This document shows positions 1-14,009 of a DNA stretch of 64,000 nt, piece after piece. The stretch comes from Octopus bimaculoides. Lineage: Eukaryota. Position 1 is the stretch's first letter, and each line of letters starts with the position of its first letter. The stretch is taken from positions 108,188,910-108,252,909 of the forward strand of contig NC_068982.1 in assembly GCF_001194135.2 (NCBI RefSeq), in the 5' to 3' direction. Both the position numbers and the translations under genes were made by a program. The notes under the pieces were generated by a model. That model worked only from the letters and a program-made list of their open reading frames with translations. It had not been told where the DNA came from and made no database searches.

Positions 1-59
1 TTAAGTTTCAATATCTTAGATTAAAATGTTTCTTTTAAACCCAAGCAACTCTTCTTTGC

Positions 60-480
60 CATTCATTGACCTGAGAACACCAGAGGCCCACATTTTAGTT
101 TGATAGGTACAAGGAAAGTTATTAAGGTGTAGATGAATTGTTTAGGAGACCAATTCAGTAAAGAATTTAGTGTACATTTTGGTGTCCAAGAGGAGTGGGG
201 AGCTTTGTTCTTAGCTCTCTTCTCATTGAGGTTCTGGCAGTAATAACATAGGAATTCACAAATAAATGTCCTTGGAAACTGTATATGCTGATGACTTGGT
301 TCTTAAAGTAAATCTGTTTAAGAGCTGCAAGAAAACTCAAAAGCTAAAATAGTCAAATTCAAAACACCTTAAGGACAAAATAAAAATTAAAATAATAAAG
401 AATACTGAATACCAAAACCATTTATTAAGTAGCCTTACTAAATATATAAAATGGAGTGGAAACTGTTACAATGTACTCAA
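60..480 (+). mobile_element. Degenerate RTE-clade LINE reverse transcriptase fragment
   Basis: Broken translation resembles RTE RT motifs: 'EFSVHFGVQ' (cf. GVHQGS) near 160-195 and 'CPWKLY/ADDLVL' (tatatgctgatgacttggtt) near 265-300. Many frameshifts. Confidence 0.55.
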
Positions 481-2939
481 TTTAAGCAATAGATAGACAA
501 ATGTTGTAATGGGTTCCCTGACAAATTGACAAAGAACCAAGGCTAAATTTACAAATATAGTTGGAACACAACTCCAACTTCAGTAATGTAATTAGTGAAG
601 ATACTTGTAAAGAATTGAAACAAATCAGGGAATTGTCGCTTCTGTTGGTCTCTCCATCACAAAGGCACATTGTATGAGTATAATGAAGATAATAATGCAT
701 AAGACATTTAAGCAGTAAAGTTTGTTTGTAACTTTCCCAACAATCTTTTAACTCTTTTTTCATACATTCTCTTTGTTTATTATAATTCTTTAGTAGAGGT
801 AGGATACAATTTCTATTAACATTTTAATCAATAGCTATTCTTTTTATTATTTCTGTTCTATCAAAAAAGTCCTCAAATCTGATAATTGGCAACTTTCCAA
901 TTTTTTTTTAACTGACTCAATTCCTTTGGATAAGTAACATTAATTCTTAACATTTACATTCTTTAGCCTAATTTCATATTTTTATTTTAATGTCAAAACA
1001 TGCATTTATACTAATTTCCATTTGTATCTTTTGAATTCTTGAAAATTTGATAAATTGTGAAACAAAACTAAGATTCATCCAGGCAATATCTTGTTTTTAT
1101 TTACTCCTTATTAATATAAATCTTTGGATAGAGATTATGCTATTATTCAACAGTACATATAATAAATGAAACATGAATCCACAAAACTGAGCCTATTCAG
1201 CCAAGATAAAATTTCAAAACAAACCTAAGGATCCTAAACAGCCTAATTCAAAGGAATCTTGTTTGGTAGAGTTATGTTTAGATAATGGTGATACACAAAA
1301 AATAAAAGCCTTGATTTGAAGAACAAACTCATTATCCAACGATGTTAACTGAGAATAAGAACTATATCCCCAAGAAGTATGTTTCTAGTGAAGCATAATT
1401 CCTTATTTCAACAGAAGCAAGTGTTTAAGAAATACAGAAATAGTAAGATAAAAACAGAAATGAATAAAAAAAATCACACCTGATAGAGAAAGCACAACTT
1501 TAGGAAAACACTTCATGTTTACTACAGGTATGTTTACATCAAAAATGGATTTATTAGTCTCTAGAGATAGCAAAGGTAAGCAAACTAACTAAAGTCAAAT
1601 TGGAAACTATGGCTACAATAACAATTTTTATTCTAAAATTATTTGAGACAGAACAAAGAGGAGTTGAAGAACAAGATTCTGAGAGATTAATAGTAAGTTT
1701 AAAGAATTTGAGATAAGAATACTCAAGAACTGCAGAAGTGAGAAAACGGTTTACATAAAATGGTTGTACTAAGTGAGGGCCAGAGAATTGCAAGAAACAT
1801 AGTGATATTATTACACTGTCTTCCTTCTACTTTTTATAAATCTTCTTGTGAAATTGAGCTGGATCTACTTTAACTTATTTAATGTTACCAAGTAAGTTGG
1901 AGTAGATTTCAAGGTCTTGCTCAGTTTATCAAATGCAATCAAGGATACCAGTAATTTAGGGAGTAACACCGTCCTATATATGAGACCCATTCTCTAAAGC
2001 ATGATCTATTGGGATCCTTTAGAGAAACAACAGTCACCTAAGACTGATGTATTTTTCTGCCAAAACTACATAAAAGTATCTTAACTTTCAGTTAAGAATA
2101 CAAATGTAGTAGAAATTGGACACCAATAGATTTTTAGTGAGGGATAGCAGTTGATTGTGAAAAGGTTATATTGTAAGTCATTCTTTAAATAAATGTTGTC
2201 TATGCTTATATCATATGTTACCAAAATGATCAAATACCCATGGAAAAAAAAAAAAAGAGTAAAAATCCTCAGAGATGTGGACATTATATAAAAACTAATG
2301 ATACTAGCAGAGGCAAAATAGCAAGATATTCTAAACAGTTAATAAAAAAACTATTACAAAGCAACATCAATAGAAAAAAATACTGCTAATTAAGAACAAC
2401 GAAGGAAATAGGATATACTAACATATACATCATAAAACTAAAATAATAATTTAAGTAAAAGTATCTTAAATAGGAAGGCAACAATACCAAATAGCAATTT
2501 AATGCAGAGGTACAAAATATAAATTAAAATATTCACTAATTTTAAGTTTTGTTTGCTTGAGACATGCACAGAAAATGCATACTATCTAAAGCCAACAGTA
2601 CTAAGAATCATCTCAGGAGGTAATGATTCTTAATTTCTTAAGAGCAAAAATTAATATCACTTAAAATTGTTCAGTAATTTAGCTAGATTTAATAATCAAT
2701 CATCAACAGAAAATTTGATTTTGTTTCTATGACAGAAAAATATATTCCATACAATTAAATATTGTAGCAAAACACAAGTCTTTATGATGCATTTTATAGT
2801 GCTTAGCATCAACCTGTCAATGCTCTTTATATCAAATAAAACCTACTACAAAAAATGCAAATGTAACAGTTTAAATATAAAGAGCAAAACATCAATGATG
2901 TATTGACATAAACTAAGCCATCTGAAGCATAAAGAATAC

Positions 2940-3370
2940 TTAAACTACTTCAGGTATTACACCACAACACTTCCTCAACATCATATTATTCCATACTGGA
3001 CTCTTTACAAGGTACACATGCACCCTCTTTGAGATGCACCATATTTGAGATGGTGCAGCTGCTTCATTAGGAACCAAATCCAAAGGCCAACCAACTAATG
3101 AGCAAATCTAACTTGCATAGATGTTTTCCATTTCATCTACAGCAGTCCATAATTTTCTATACTTGTAAGATGAGTACCACATCAACCCAAACCAGACCAG
3201 GGCATCCCTACACCACCCTACCTATCATCTCTTCCCTTCTGCATCTCACCCATTAAAACAAAAAGTAAACATTTGACTTAAATAATTCCCCCTCATAGCT
3301 ATAACTTCCTGGAATTCACTCCTTGCCCAACTTTACCATATACTTCCATCTACAGAAATTTAAACTGAAT
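2940..3370 (+). mobile_element. Degenerate CR1-group LINE 3' ORF2 fragment
   Basis: tgcaccatatttgagatggtgcagctgct at ~3036-3064 corresponds to the 'CSHIWDGAAA' motif also seen in the copy at 50190-50215. Heavily decayed. Confidence 0.45.
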
Positions 3371-4754
3371 ATCAACAATATTAGCATATCCTTCTTCAGA
3401 CTAAATTTCCAAAAATTACAAAATAATGACAATGATCATCTCAGAGCTATCACAATATCTCAAAATAGATCTATGCTATAAAACTATTTAAACACCAACA
3501 ATTTAATGTCTATTTATTCTGGCCAGTATAGACTGGACAAGATTTTAGTAGCTTGATCTGCGGTACACTATGCAAAGCTTTCCAAAATACGAGCGTTTGA
3601 CAAGTTTTGTTATCTGAATATCTAGAAGAGTCATTTTTAATGGGTTTTGTCTGGATGAAGGGTCCATCTCTATGGACTTCACATGTTCTTCAAGTCTAAC
3701 ACAGTTGATGCTCTGGAACAACTACAAGTTGGCAGTTGCAAGGAGGGAATTCCAAGGGTGAGGGAAACTAACAGTTTGAAGTGAAAGGACCAGGGTAAAA
3801 TAGTCAGTGTAGTTATGACAAAAGGAAAGAAACAAGTGAGTCATGTGGGCCTGAGTGAATGTGAATAAGTGCAGCGAAGAGCAGGGTCCACTAAGGTAAC
3901 AGTAGACAAAGTAGAGTGAAAAGGCAGCAAATCAGTGGGCCAGAGGAGAAACTCAATGAACGATAATCACACACATGGACATACGTGCACACACACACAC
4001 AGAGCGATTCATGATCCAAACATTGTTATTACTAGTTTGTTGAAAACTTCAGCTAAGTAAAACTGCCTTCATGGTTAAGTGGCTAACATTAGCAAGAATA
4101 TTATAAGAAAGAAAAAATGCAGAAAGAATTCCTGTATATATCAAAATTTGTAAAACAATCCAACATATACTAACCTGGGAATATCAATGTAAAAAACATA
4201 AAAAAATCTAGTACATGAAGTTTACCACATTCACAATGTATCTATGTTTGTACTACAAACATTAGGAATGGTGCCAGATATCACTATCAAATAAAACTCA
4301 TGCCAGCATGAAAGAGTAGATCTTAAAATGGCAATGATGAAAATATTCAACTGATGATTAATTATTTAAATATATAACCCTAGAGTAACAATCATAATAA
4401 TCTTCATTTTGAAATTTATTTCACTAGAATGTTTTTATGTAACTGACATAAAGATTTATATTCTTTCATAAATCTTTCAAAAGAACATTTGTAAAAATTT
4501 GTAAAACTTGCTGTTCTTTCGTACGAATATGTAACAAATTACCATGAAAAACTTGTACAACATTCTTGTACATAAAAATGTGAAGGTAGTAAAAACAGAT
4601 TTTATAGTGTCATAGTAAAAATATGAAAATAACAAGCCTTAAAACAGTTCTGATGGTCTTGTTACAATGTTTATCCTAAATGAAAAATATAAGGAGAAGA
4701 GACAGAAGAAAGACAGTAGCAACAAGTTTTATAAACTTGGTTTCAAATATAAAA

Positions 4755-5710
4755 GAAAAGGCAATCTTGATCTCCAACTTAACACAGAGATTGTGTTAGA
4801 ACACAGAATACTGCACTATTTACCTTGACAGGATCTCTTATATGGATTTGTGGTGCATAAAAGCACTCATAATTATATTGTTGGCAGATAAGAACCGTCT
4901 GCTATGGCCACCAGAACTGCCTGATCACTTGATTTTGTCCCACTATGGACTCTTCAGCAACATAGCAACCACATCTTCTGTCAATGATTTTTAGAATATC
5001 AGTGTCTATTCCGGCATTGGTGTTGCAAATAGCCAGCAGGCTTATTTACAAATAACAGCAACAGAAGCAGAATAAATATCAAAAAGCAATACTGATCTCC
5101 ATCTTAATGCCGAGGTTGTGTTAGATCACAGAATACTGTGCAATTTACCTTGACAGGATTTCTTATATGGACTCATGGTACATAAAAGCACTCAAAATTA
5201 TATCATTAACAGATGAAAAATGTCTGCTACAGTTACTGGTACTTCCAGATCATGTGACTATGCCCTGCTACAGGCTTCTCAGTGACAGATATCTGACAGC
5301 GAAATAACAGCAGAATCTCCTGTCAATGATATATAGAATATCAGTGTCTATTCAGGCATTAGTGCCACAAATAGTCAGTGGGCTTACTAAAAATAATCAA
5401 TAACAGAAGCAGTATTAATATCAAAAGGTAATCTTGATCTCCAACTTAATGTGGAGGTTGTGTTAAGACACAGAATACTGCACTATTTATCTTCAGAGGA
5501 TCTCTCAATATAGACTCATGGTGCATAAATGCATTTGCAATTATAGCGTTGACAGACAATATAATTACAAGTGCTTTTACACACCATAATTCCATAAGAG
5601 ATCCTCTGAAGGTAAATAGTGCAGTATTCTGTGTTTTAACACAACTTCCACGTTAAGCTGGAGATCAAGATTGCCTTTTGGTAATAATATTGCTGCTGTT
5701 GCTATTATTT
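4755..5710. repeat. Diverged tandem repeat (unit ~325-342 bp; two full copies and one partial) ending in an inverted copy
   Basis: The motif gcaatcttgatctccaacttaa...cacagaatactgcactatttaccttgacaggatctc recurs at 4761, 5086 and 5428. Its reverse complement occupies ~5560-5710. Confidence 0.9.
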
Positions 5711-5961
5711 CATAAAAGAAAAATTTTGTCTGTTGATCCTCATTATTAAATACTAGAAAAAAAAGAATAATCAATAAATGATTGTACACAAAAAAATGGA
5801 AATCTTAGACATATCAACTATCCAGACATTAACATTAAAACAATTTTCTCAAATCTTCAAATTATAATATATATGCATACAATAAATATTTACATATTCT
5901 TATAGAAACAAAGATTTTAAGCTGACTACCACCATTTTACAAAACACATGATTAATGGGCA

Positions 5962-6334
5962 TCTTTTACTTGTTTCAATCATAGGACTATGACTATTGCT
6001 GGGGTGCAGCCCTGAAGGATTTTAGTTGAACAAATCAATTCCAGTACTCATTTTTTAAAAACTCTGGTACTTACTCAATTAGTCTCTTTTGTTATGGGGA
6101 CATAAACAAACAAGCACCAGTTGTCAAGTGTGTGTGAGTGGGAGGGAGACACAAACACAAAGACACACTGAAGGGCCTTCAGTTTCTGTCTACCAAATCC
6201 ACCCATAAGGCATTGATTGGCTGGCCTGGGCCAACTATAGTAGAAGATATTCAGCCAACGTACCATGCAGTGGGACTGAGCCTGAAAGCATGTGGTTGGG
6301 AGGTAAACTTCTTACCACACAGCCATACCTGTAC
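5962..6334 (-). mobile_element. tRNA-derived SINE, family A (Octopus-type), diverged
   Basis: Reverse complement matches the family-A copy at 27646-28020: head ...gctgtgtggtaag, core gtggatttggtagacagaaactgaa, tail gactgaaacaagtaaaag. Confidence 0.85.
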
Positions 6335-6784
6335 ATATTTACAGATATTTTCATTGCAACTTGAACATCAAAGTCCTATGTTTCGAAATTAGAATTACAT
6401 CAGATAAGTATTACATTCAACAATATATTGTGTTCACTACTATATTCAGCAGAATTCACATCTAAATAATATTTTCTGACATTACTAACAAAATGAAATA
6501 ATAAAAAAGCTACACATATTTAAAAAAGAAAATTAATGTCTTTCCATCAACAAAGTAATATGATAATAAATTATTTGACCATTCGTGCATAATCAAAGAT
6601 ATCCAGCAATGAGTGGTTACCTATGACTTGAGAATGTATACAGAAATATCTGTATTAAATTCCCAATTGTTATCGTGAAATTTGTCAAATATTCAGTGGT
6701 ATGACAAAACTTCTACAAATAATCCATTAGGCTAGTGTGGTAATTAGAAAGCAGGTGATATCAAAAAGATTGGCATGATTATAT

Positions 6785-7135
6785 TTAGTTAAGAAGCTCA
6801 CTTTGTAACCATGTGGTTTCCGATTTAGTCCCACTGCGTGATGCCTTAGGCAAGTGTCTTATGTCCTGGGTCAACTAATGCTTTGTGAGTGAATTTGGTA
6901 GACAGAAACTAAGAGGAATCCCAGCATGTGTGTGTGTGTGTGTATTAGCACCTCCTCCCCACTCAACAATTGGGGTTGGTTAGTTTATGCCCCCATAACT
7001 TAATGGTTTGGCAAAAAGAGACCAAGCAAAATAAGTATCAGAATAAATATGTACTGGTGTCGATTTGTTCACTAAACACTTCAAGACAGTGGCCCAGCAT
7101 GGCTGCAGTCCAATGACTGAAACAAGTAAAAAAAT
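6785..7135 (+). mobile_element. tRNA-derived SINE, family A, diverged
   Basis: taagaagctcactttgtaaccatgtggttt...gtgagtgaatttggtagacagaaact...gcatggctgcagtccaatgactgaaacaagtaaaa. Confidence 0.85.
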
Positions 7136-9632
7136 AACGAGCATCTTAATTTTCAGAACTTTCAAACCAATACTAAAAATGGGGGGCAGGGGGATTAACA
7201 ACAGGGATAAAATGAGTAATTTCTGATTTCTCATTTTCTCCTTGCCTGTTTGAAATCATTACAGTGCATCTTTAGGAGTAAAAATGGACCAGCATAGTTG
7301 TTGTTGAAGTCGAGAGAGTTTGGAACATAGGCAGATGACAGGTACATTTTGCATCCAAGAAATTTGTTCTCAACTTTGATCTGATTGTAAATGAGGTTGC
7401 TAATAGAATATCAAGATAATTTTTGGTGTTTAAAATCAATATTCTGTTCCCTGTTGGATTCCAAATCAGTTTTTTCCACACTAACATTTAATTTGATAAT
7501 TTTCAATTTTAAAAAAATGTCTAAAATGGGGTAAAATTAGTAATGACTAATTTCAATAATTTCTTCTCTTTAACTGCATGTGTGTAAATATATCGGGAAG
7601 AGAGCCACCCCAATATATCATGAAGAAGCTATAGAGAATATGTTATGTTGAATTTTTTGATTTAGCCGAGTTTTGATAATTTCATATGTGCCATTTTTCC
7701 ATGATCCTCTTTCATTTGATCTAGGTATTTAAAATTTTTGTTGCTTTTCTGTTCTTTCTGATGTCTAAGGATAGATATTGATGTGTATAATCTGTTTTCA
7801 AATGTAATTCTGGAGAACTGTCTTTTACATGCTCAAAAAAACAGAGATAATTTTCTGAAATAATGTTCTGAATATGTTAGTGTTTTTAATTCATTTAGAG
7901 AAGGTCATTTGCTCAGCTGATATAAGGTAGTAAAATGTTTTTTTTCTCAAAATCAAAAACGCTGAAAAAACTCCTCATTGTACCTCACCCACCTCTATTC
8001 GTTTTGGCATATATCACAGTTTTTAAAAAGTATTTTTTTCTTGCTTTTCTTACGTTTAAATAAATACTTTTTTTAATTACTTGAATTAATCATTTTAAAA
8101 CAATTTCAACGAGTAATTAATTATAATTACAAAAATAGATACTTTTGCATAACACAAAACGTGATGTAGGTAAACATCAATAAATGTGCAGGGGAAGTAA
8201 CTAATACAACTCATAACATGGCGGTCACAAATTCATTGTTCTTTATATTTTAAGCCCAAAATATACAGATGTGTAAAATACATAATGAACGTATTTCATA
8301 TTACTTATATTAGTTGAACCTTGAGATATATAAAATTAGAAACCACATCAATGATATTTACAGGAAAACAATAACTTCTTTATATAATTTTATAAAGGGT
8401 TTTGATATATAATGAAGAGAATTTTTAACAATGCATGTACCGGACTGTATAGCTAGAGATAATTATAAGAAAACAACAATAAGTAATAAATTGTAAGAAG
8501 TGAAATGCATGTATTTCCTTTCAACTATGTTATCCATTATATTACAATGTAAGTGATTGATATACAAGTATTAACTGGTTCTTCCTTTGGTTGTTGAAAA
8601 ATACTGGTTGGTTAGAGAATGTAAAAAAATAAAAAATAGAGACTAAACATATGGTAATGGATATTGAAAATCCAATCAGTAAATATATACAGATTATACA
8701 GAATATGTTATCTGCTATATAGCTGACTTGTCCAACTCATGTCAATGCAGATGATGGTGAAGAGTAAACTCAGGGGATAAAAATTGGATTTGTATAAAGA
8801 AATAATGTACAATAGCATTTTACTGTGTTTTATATTGAATTTATCCTGTGGAGATGATTTTTTGGTTGTTGCCTGAATTTCAGTAATATTTATAAAAATG
8901 CATGAAATTTTTTTGTCAAGCTATGCATTATCATGATCATTTTTCATGTCCACTTTCACTGATAGCATGGGTTTGTTGGGTTCTTGCAGTCTGAATTAGT
9001 TCTTATTAGGAGTTACTGCTCTCCAAGATATGTCTCTACCATACACTCTACTCTGGCATGGTTTCTATGGATAAATGCTTTTCATAATACCACAGAATGT
9101 ACTGCATGTATTTTATCATGGTACTAGCAACAGAAATTATTTTGTCCTTAGAAAGGATCCTTTCAAATCTATGTTGTCTCTATTCATTCACCAACCACTT
9201 TTCAGGATATACTGGATACACATTTCATCATAGCACCAGGACTAGAAAACTAAAAAGTTTGATCTACTCCATGTTATCTTTTGAAGTAAATGAGACAAAT
9301 AGTGGAAAGGAAGAGAGCAATAAAAGAAAGAGAACATGGGAAAGAGGGTGACAGAGATAGTATTAGATAGCTGCAAGTTGGTTGTTGGTATGGAGATTGA
9401 ATGGCCTATGTGATGGGGGTAGCCAGTGTGATTAGAGAGACACAATGATAGAAGAGGGAGAAAATGTAAGTTTGTTGAATAAAATTGCAATTATACAGAA
9501 ACAATGTTTACTTAAAAGAAGCTGTAAGCTATTTATGACAAAATCAAATGTGCTCTTCAAACAGGACACTCAAGAATTATTCAAATGCAGCCAACCACAA
9601 TCTCCATTGCTCTAACAATTTTACTGTATTTT

Positions 9633-9860
9633 TTAACCCTTCAGTACCCAGATTACCCTGTCAAATGTATTGCTTATTTATTCACGTTATTTTGAATTAA
9701 TCATGTATAATCTTGTAGCTTCAGGATTTCAAAGATGTGATTGTTTACTTTTAGAATGACAATGTAAGGTAGGTATGAAAGGCTGAATGTGGTTGGATTG
9801 AACATAGAACAGGTAGAATATTTGGGCCAGATATGGCTGGATTGAATGCTAAATGGTTAA
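9633..9860. mobile_element. piggyBac-like MITE
   Basis: Starts TTAACCCTTCAGTA and ends AATGCTAAATGGTTAA. TTAA at both ends with a CCCT-type terminus is characteristic of piggyBac-superfamily ends. No ORF. Confidence 0.65.
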
Positions 9861-11269
9861 ACAATGGTGAAGAATCCTTGTCCATTAGTTTGGATTAGCT
9901 GTCACAACTAAGGCCAAGCTGGAGCATCATTGTATTAAATATTTTTCTTTATGTAGTGCCTACAAGTATTCCTCATTCAACTTACCTTTGATTAAGTTAC
10001 TAAGAATTTACTAATTACATTTTATTGACATCCACACTAGGATGGTACTTGTTTTCTTACTTTTCTCATTTCTTAAAGACAGCAATCCATAAGGAACAGG
10101 CATTTTCCTGAAGAATCAGTATGAAAGTAATGAATCGAGTAAATAAGCCCTTTCAAAATATTTTATTCATAGAAAGGTAGTGAATGGAATACCACAGAGA
10201 TCAGATGATAAAAAGTACATCTTTTGTTATATAAAACTGACATGAATAGAACACCAGGAGGAAAAAAGATAGTATAAGCTTATATCTTAGTGAATTTACT
10301 ACAAAAGAAAAACACTTATCTAAGAATAAGCAGTTTTCTCAGGTCACTGCTATTCTAAAAAGGACCAAGTTTTATGTGCTTAGGACAAAAGGGTTACTAA
10401 ATATGTAGAAGGAAAACGTAGTTAAAATTAATATTTTACTGAGAAACTTAGCCTCTTGATAAATAGTTGCTGAATTCAATCATTTAGAGATTTACGGTCT
10501 ATTTGATAAGTAATTTATAAGGAAAGTGAATACAAGTTGACATGCATGAATGATACTGTTTAATACATGCAGAAATGATATAATTGCATTATGGATTATA
10601 ATGTAGATGTATGACCAATACCGACAGAACATGCATCACTAAAGTGCTAGACCAAAAGTAAATCTGGGAGAAAGTGGTAGTGATGATTTAAGTTTGATTC
10701 TTACACCAACTGAAACTTAAATAATTAGAAATGTTAAGAGAATATTTAGATGAAATAATTTGCAAACAGAAATTAAGATACTGGACAAATGAAGTTCTAG
10801 AAACAATAACTGTTAAATCAGTGAAAGCTAGCTAGTGACATCTGAAAACTTGAATGAGCTAAAGAGATATATTATGATCTACTGGTGTGGGACGTGTCTT
10901 GGAGAAAAATTCCTTCTAGATTTCCTGTATAAAAATCAGCCAGATTTTTTTTTTCCAAGAGCCTCACAGTAAGTATCTTCCACATTCTTGAGTAAAGGAA
11001 CACATTAAAGATAAATGTACACATTGTTACTCTGATCATCAACACTATGTACTCACTTTATATATATGTTTGTGCATGCGCGCACGTGTATATGTGTGTA
11101 TACTTATATACACACACAGACTACTGTCTGTCTCTTTGGAGATATCTCTAATTCATTTTCAGTGTTCTAAATGTGAGTAAGCAAGTAGGTCCTTTACAAT
11201 GAGAACCTGCTCTACACCAACCTCTTCCCTCATACCTTAACTACCATCTAACACACAGATGCAGATTCC

Positions 11270-11440
11270 TTCCTCCCTAGGTTTCTTGGTCTGTGAGCTA
11301 TATGGTGACCTCAATAGTGTCAGTAACATGGAAAAAGTACCCAGTGCACACTGTAAAGTGGTTGTCATTTAACAGATCCTTGTCAAACCATCCAACTTAT
11401 ACCAACATAGAATGAGGATGTTAAAGAATGATGATGACAC
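11270..11440 (+). mobile_element. SINE/non-autonomous retroelement 3' tail with (ATG)n end
   Basis: aaaccatccaacttataccaacatagaatgaggatgttaaagaatgatgatgac. Related tails occur at ~12650-12700 (-), 17150-17275 (+), 31250-31375 (+) and 34240-34460 (-). Confidence 0.6.
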
Positions 11441-12880
11441 TGGATGGTTAAGTTCTAGAAAGTAGGGGTCTGATCACAACATACGTTTATGCTCACAATC
11501 AGGTTCAAGAAGTTTTTACTCCAAGTGTTGTTATATAAATTACATTCTGTATGTGTATAGATATCTACTTCTAATGCAATGTAATCATATATTTGATATT
11601 AATTTATTTGCTTCTTGTAAATGTATTGCTATACATGGTTATTGTCAGTTAAAATATACAATGACAATAAACTGAATTAAACAAATCTGTCTGCAATTGA
11701 TTTATATGCAACAGAAAAGACAGGTCACAGATAATTGAAAAGGGATGAGAATATATTGTTTTTAAGAACTTCTTTAATGTGAAATGATAAGGAGGATGAA
11801 ATAATAAAACTATTATGAGTTAAATGACTGAAAAATAGTAACTCTTGAAAGTCATCAGAGCATCCAAATTTCTTGATGAAAAGAAAAGCATTCATAAACT
11901 ACAACCAATATCAAGAAAAATGTATTACACTAATTTTGAAAATTTATATCAAGAAGAATCCAACAAATCCAAAACAGTCACAAATTAAAAAAAAAAACTA
12001 AAATAACAATTCCATGCACTACTCAGTCTAATTTAGGACTAAAATCAGATTAATAATCCAGAAAATAAATTATGAAAAAGAGAAAGCTGGTTTTCAAAAT
12101 TCATTAAAAAAAATTCATTAAAATTAAATAAATGGAAGAATGATAAATGCCTTAAGAAATTTCAAGGGAGTTTACCCAGAGTAAAATTATAAAAAACCTT
12201 GATAAGAGTATTTCTGAAATCAACTGAACATAGAAAATACAGTTATTGAAAAAAAATTCAATGGATCTATACTAGTATACTTATTCCATAGAAAAACTAG
12301 CACCAAATTCAAATAGATTTTATGCTGAATTTTATCATTGCTAACATTTGAAGTCAACAAAACCTATACAAGTTACATGAAAACTTATCACAAATGATTA
12401 ATACTACACAAATGAAATAAAGAAATTCTCTCTTGTACATACACATCCAATATACAACATGCATAAATTCCCATGCACGTATATATAATGTATATACACA
12501 TATATATATATAAACATACATATAAATATACACATATAAATATATATATATATATAAACATACAATATATATATATATATATATATTATTCATAGTTACT
12601 GCTCTCCTAGATGAATTGGGGGGTTAAATCTTGCTCACATGATTCATTTTAATTTGGTTTCTACAGCTAGATGCCCTTCCTAACACTAAAACCACATAGA
12701 GAGTACACTTTATTGTGGCACAAATACCATAAAAGTTGCTATGTTCTCAACAATCCATCACTTGGCCTAGAGCTTGTTGCAGTGGCTTGTGAGCCTCAAC
12801 AATCCTGAGATATGACAGGCAAAGTGCAAGCTCCCAGTTGAGCCTCCCATGCCAGACTGTTCAAAAGATAGAGACTAGAT

Positions 12881-13116
12881 CAGAGGTTTCCAACCATTTT
12901 TTGCTGATGGACTCCTATGATTCCTACTTTACTCTAGTGGATCCTCATAGCCATTTGATGTTTAAGAAATCTCATTATATTTCTATAATTGAATACTATA
13001 AGGAGTTGCATAAAAAAAATTGTTAAAATACTTTGTGTATTGTAGAAGCATAATCAATGTATTGCACATAACCTCTAACAGCAAAATCTTATATAGATCC
13101 TAGTTGAGAACAACAG
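12881..13116. mobile_element. hAT (Charlie-like) MITE
   Basis: Termini CAGAGGTTTCCAACC ... TAGTTGAGAACAACAG are degenerate versions of the CAGTGGTTCTCAACC/GGTTGAGAACCACTG type. The 8-bp flanks GACTAGAT and AACTAAAT match at 6/8, consistent with a decayed TSD. Confidence 0.6.
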
Positions 13117-14009
13117 AACTAAATTACTATGGACCACTTCTTCCAAGAGATAAAAGTAGGTTTGCATACGGCCAACACTCCTACCTAGAAAAAAAAAACA
13201 GAGTTACAGAAACATCAATGACAAGTCAAAATTTAACAAGAGCTGGATGAGAAAGGCCTTCCCTCAAGAAAAAAAACATAAGACACAGTGCTGCAAAATC
13301 TGAAAGGAAGACGCAAGGCCAAAAGAGCAGGGATCCAACTGCAGAATAGCAGAAAGAAGAGCTCAGAGTTAAAAACAATGGAGAAAAGTTGTTGATGGCC
13401 TATACTCTGTAGTGAATGAAAGGCTTAAGCAAATTCTTGACAAGGCTACAGGAGCCCTCTTGATCCCACATCTCTACTTCCTTGCCAACCACTTTACAAA
13501 ATGTCCAGCTTAGGTGAATTCATAGTGTATGAACAGTAATAGGGATACCTTGTACCTCATTTGATTGGAGAGTCTGCAACACTATAATGTGTTCATTCAC
13601 TTGTGCTACATAGCTGAGGAAGTGAATAAAACAGCAATGATTTAAGAACAAGGCTGGGTGGGTGAGAAAAGCAGTGTAATTGGGATGAAAATAATGGATA
13701 AATGGTAAGAATGAATGTTGGATGTCAATAAAAGGGGTCAAGGAAGTATAGGGGTAATGGTAGAGTGTAAAGAACACATGCGAATCTGATGTGGTCCCTT
13801 ATATATGTAAGTACTGAGATTGATGAGAAAGCTAGTGTCATAAGGATGAGTGTTGGAAAGATGAGAGTCAGATAATTCTAGGGACATCCCTAGCCCTTCT
13901 GGAAGAATGATACAGTGATGAGAAAAGCTCTCCTACATTTCTTAGTTACAACAATATAGTATAGTGAGAGTGAAAAGACGAGTGAAAGGAGAATAAGCAT
14001 ATATATATA

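Noticed and set aside
4755-5560. CRISPR-like array
   Set aside because: Eukaryotic DNA with long diverged units, no repeat-spacer structure and no cas genes.
10062-10108. 47-nt minus-strand exon candidate for the SAM gene
   Set aside because: It has a stop codon in the phase-1 and phase-0 frames and no homology support.
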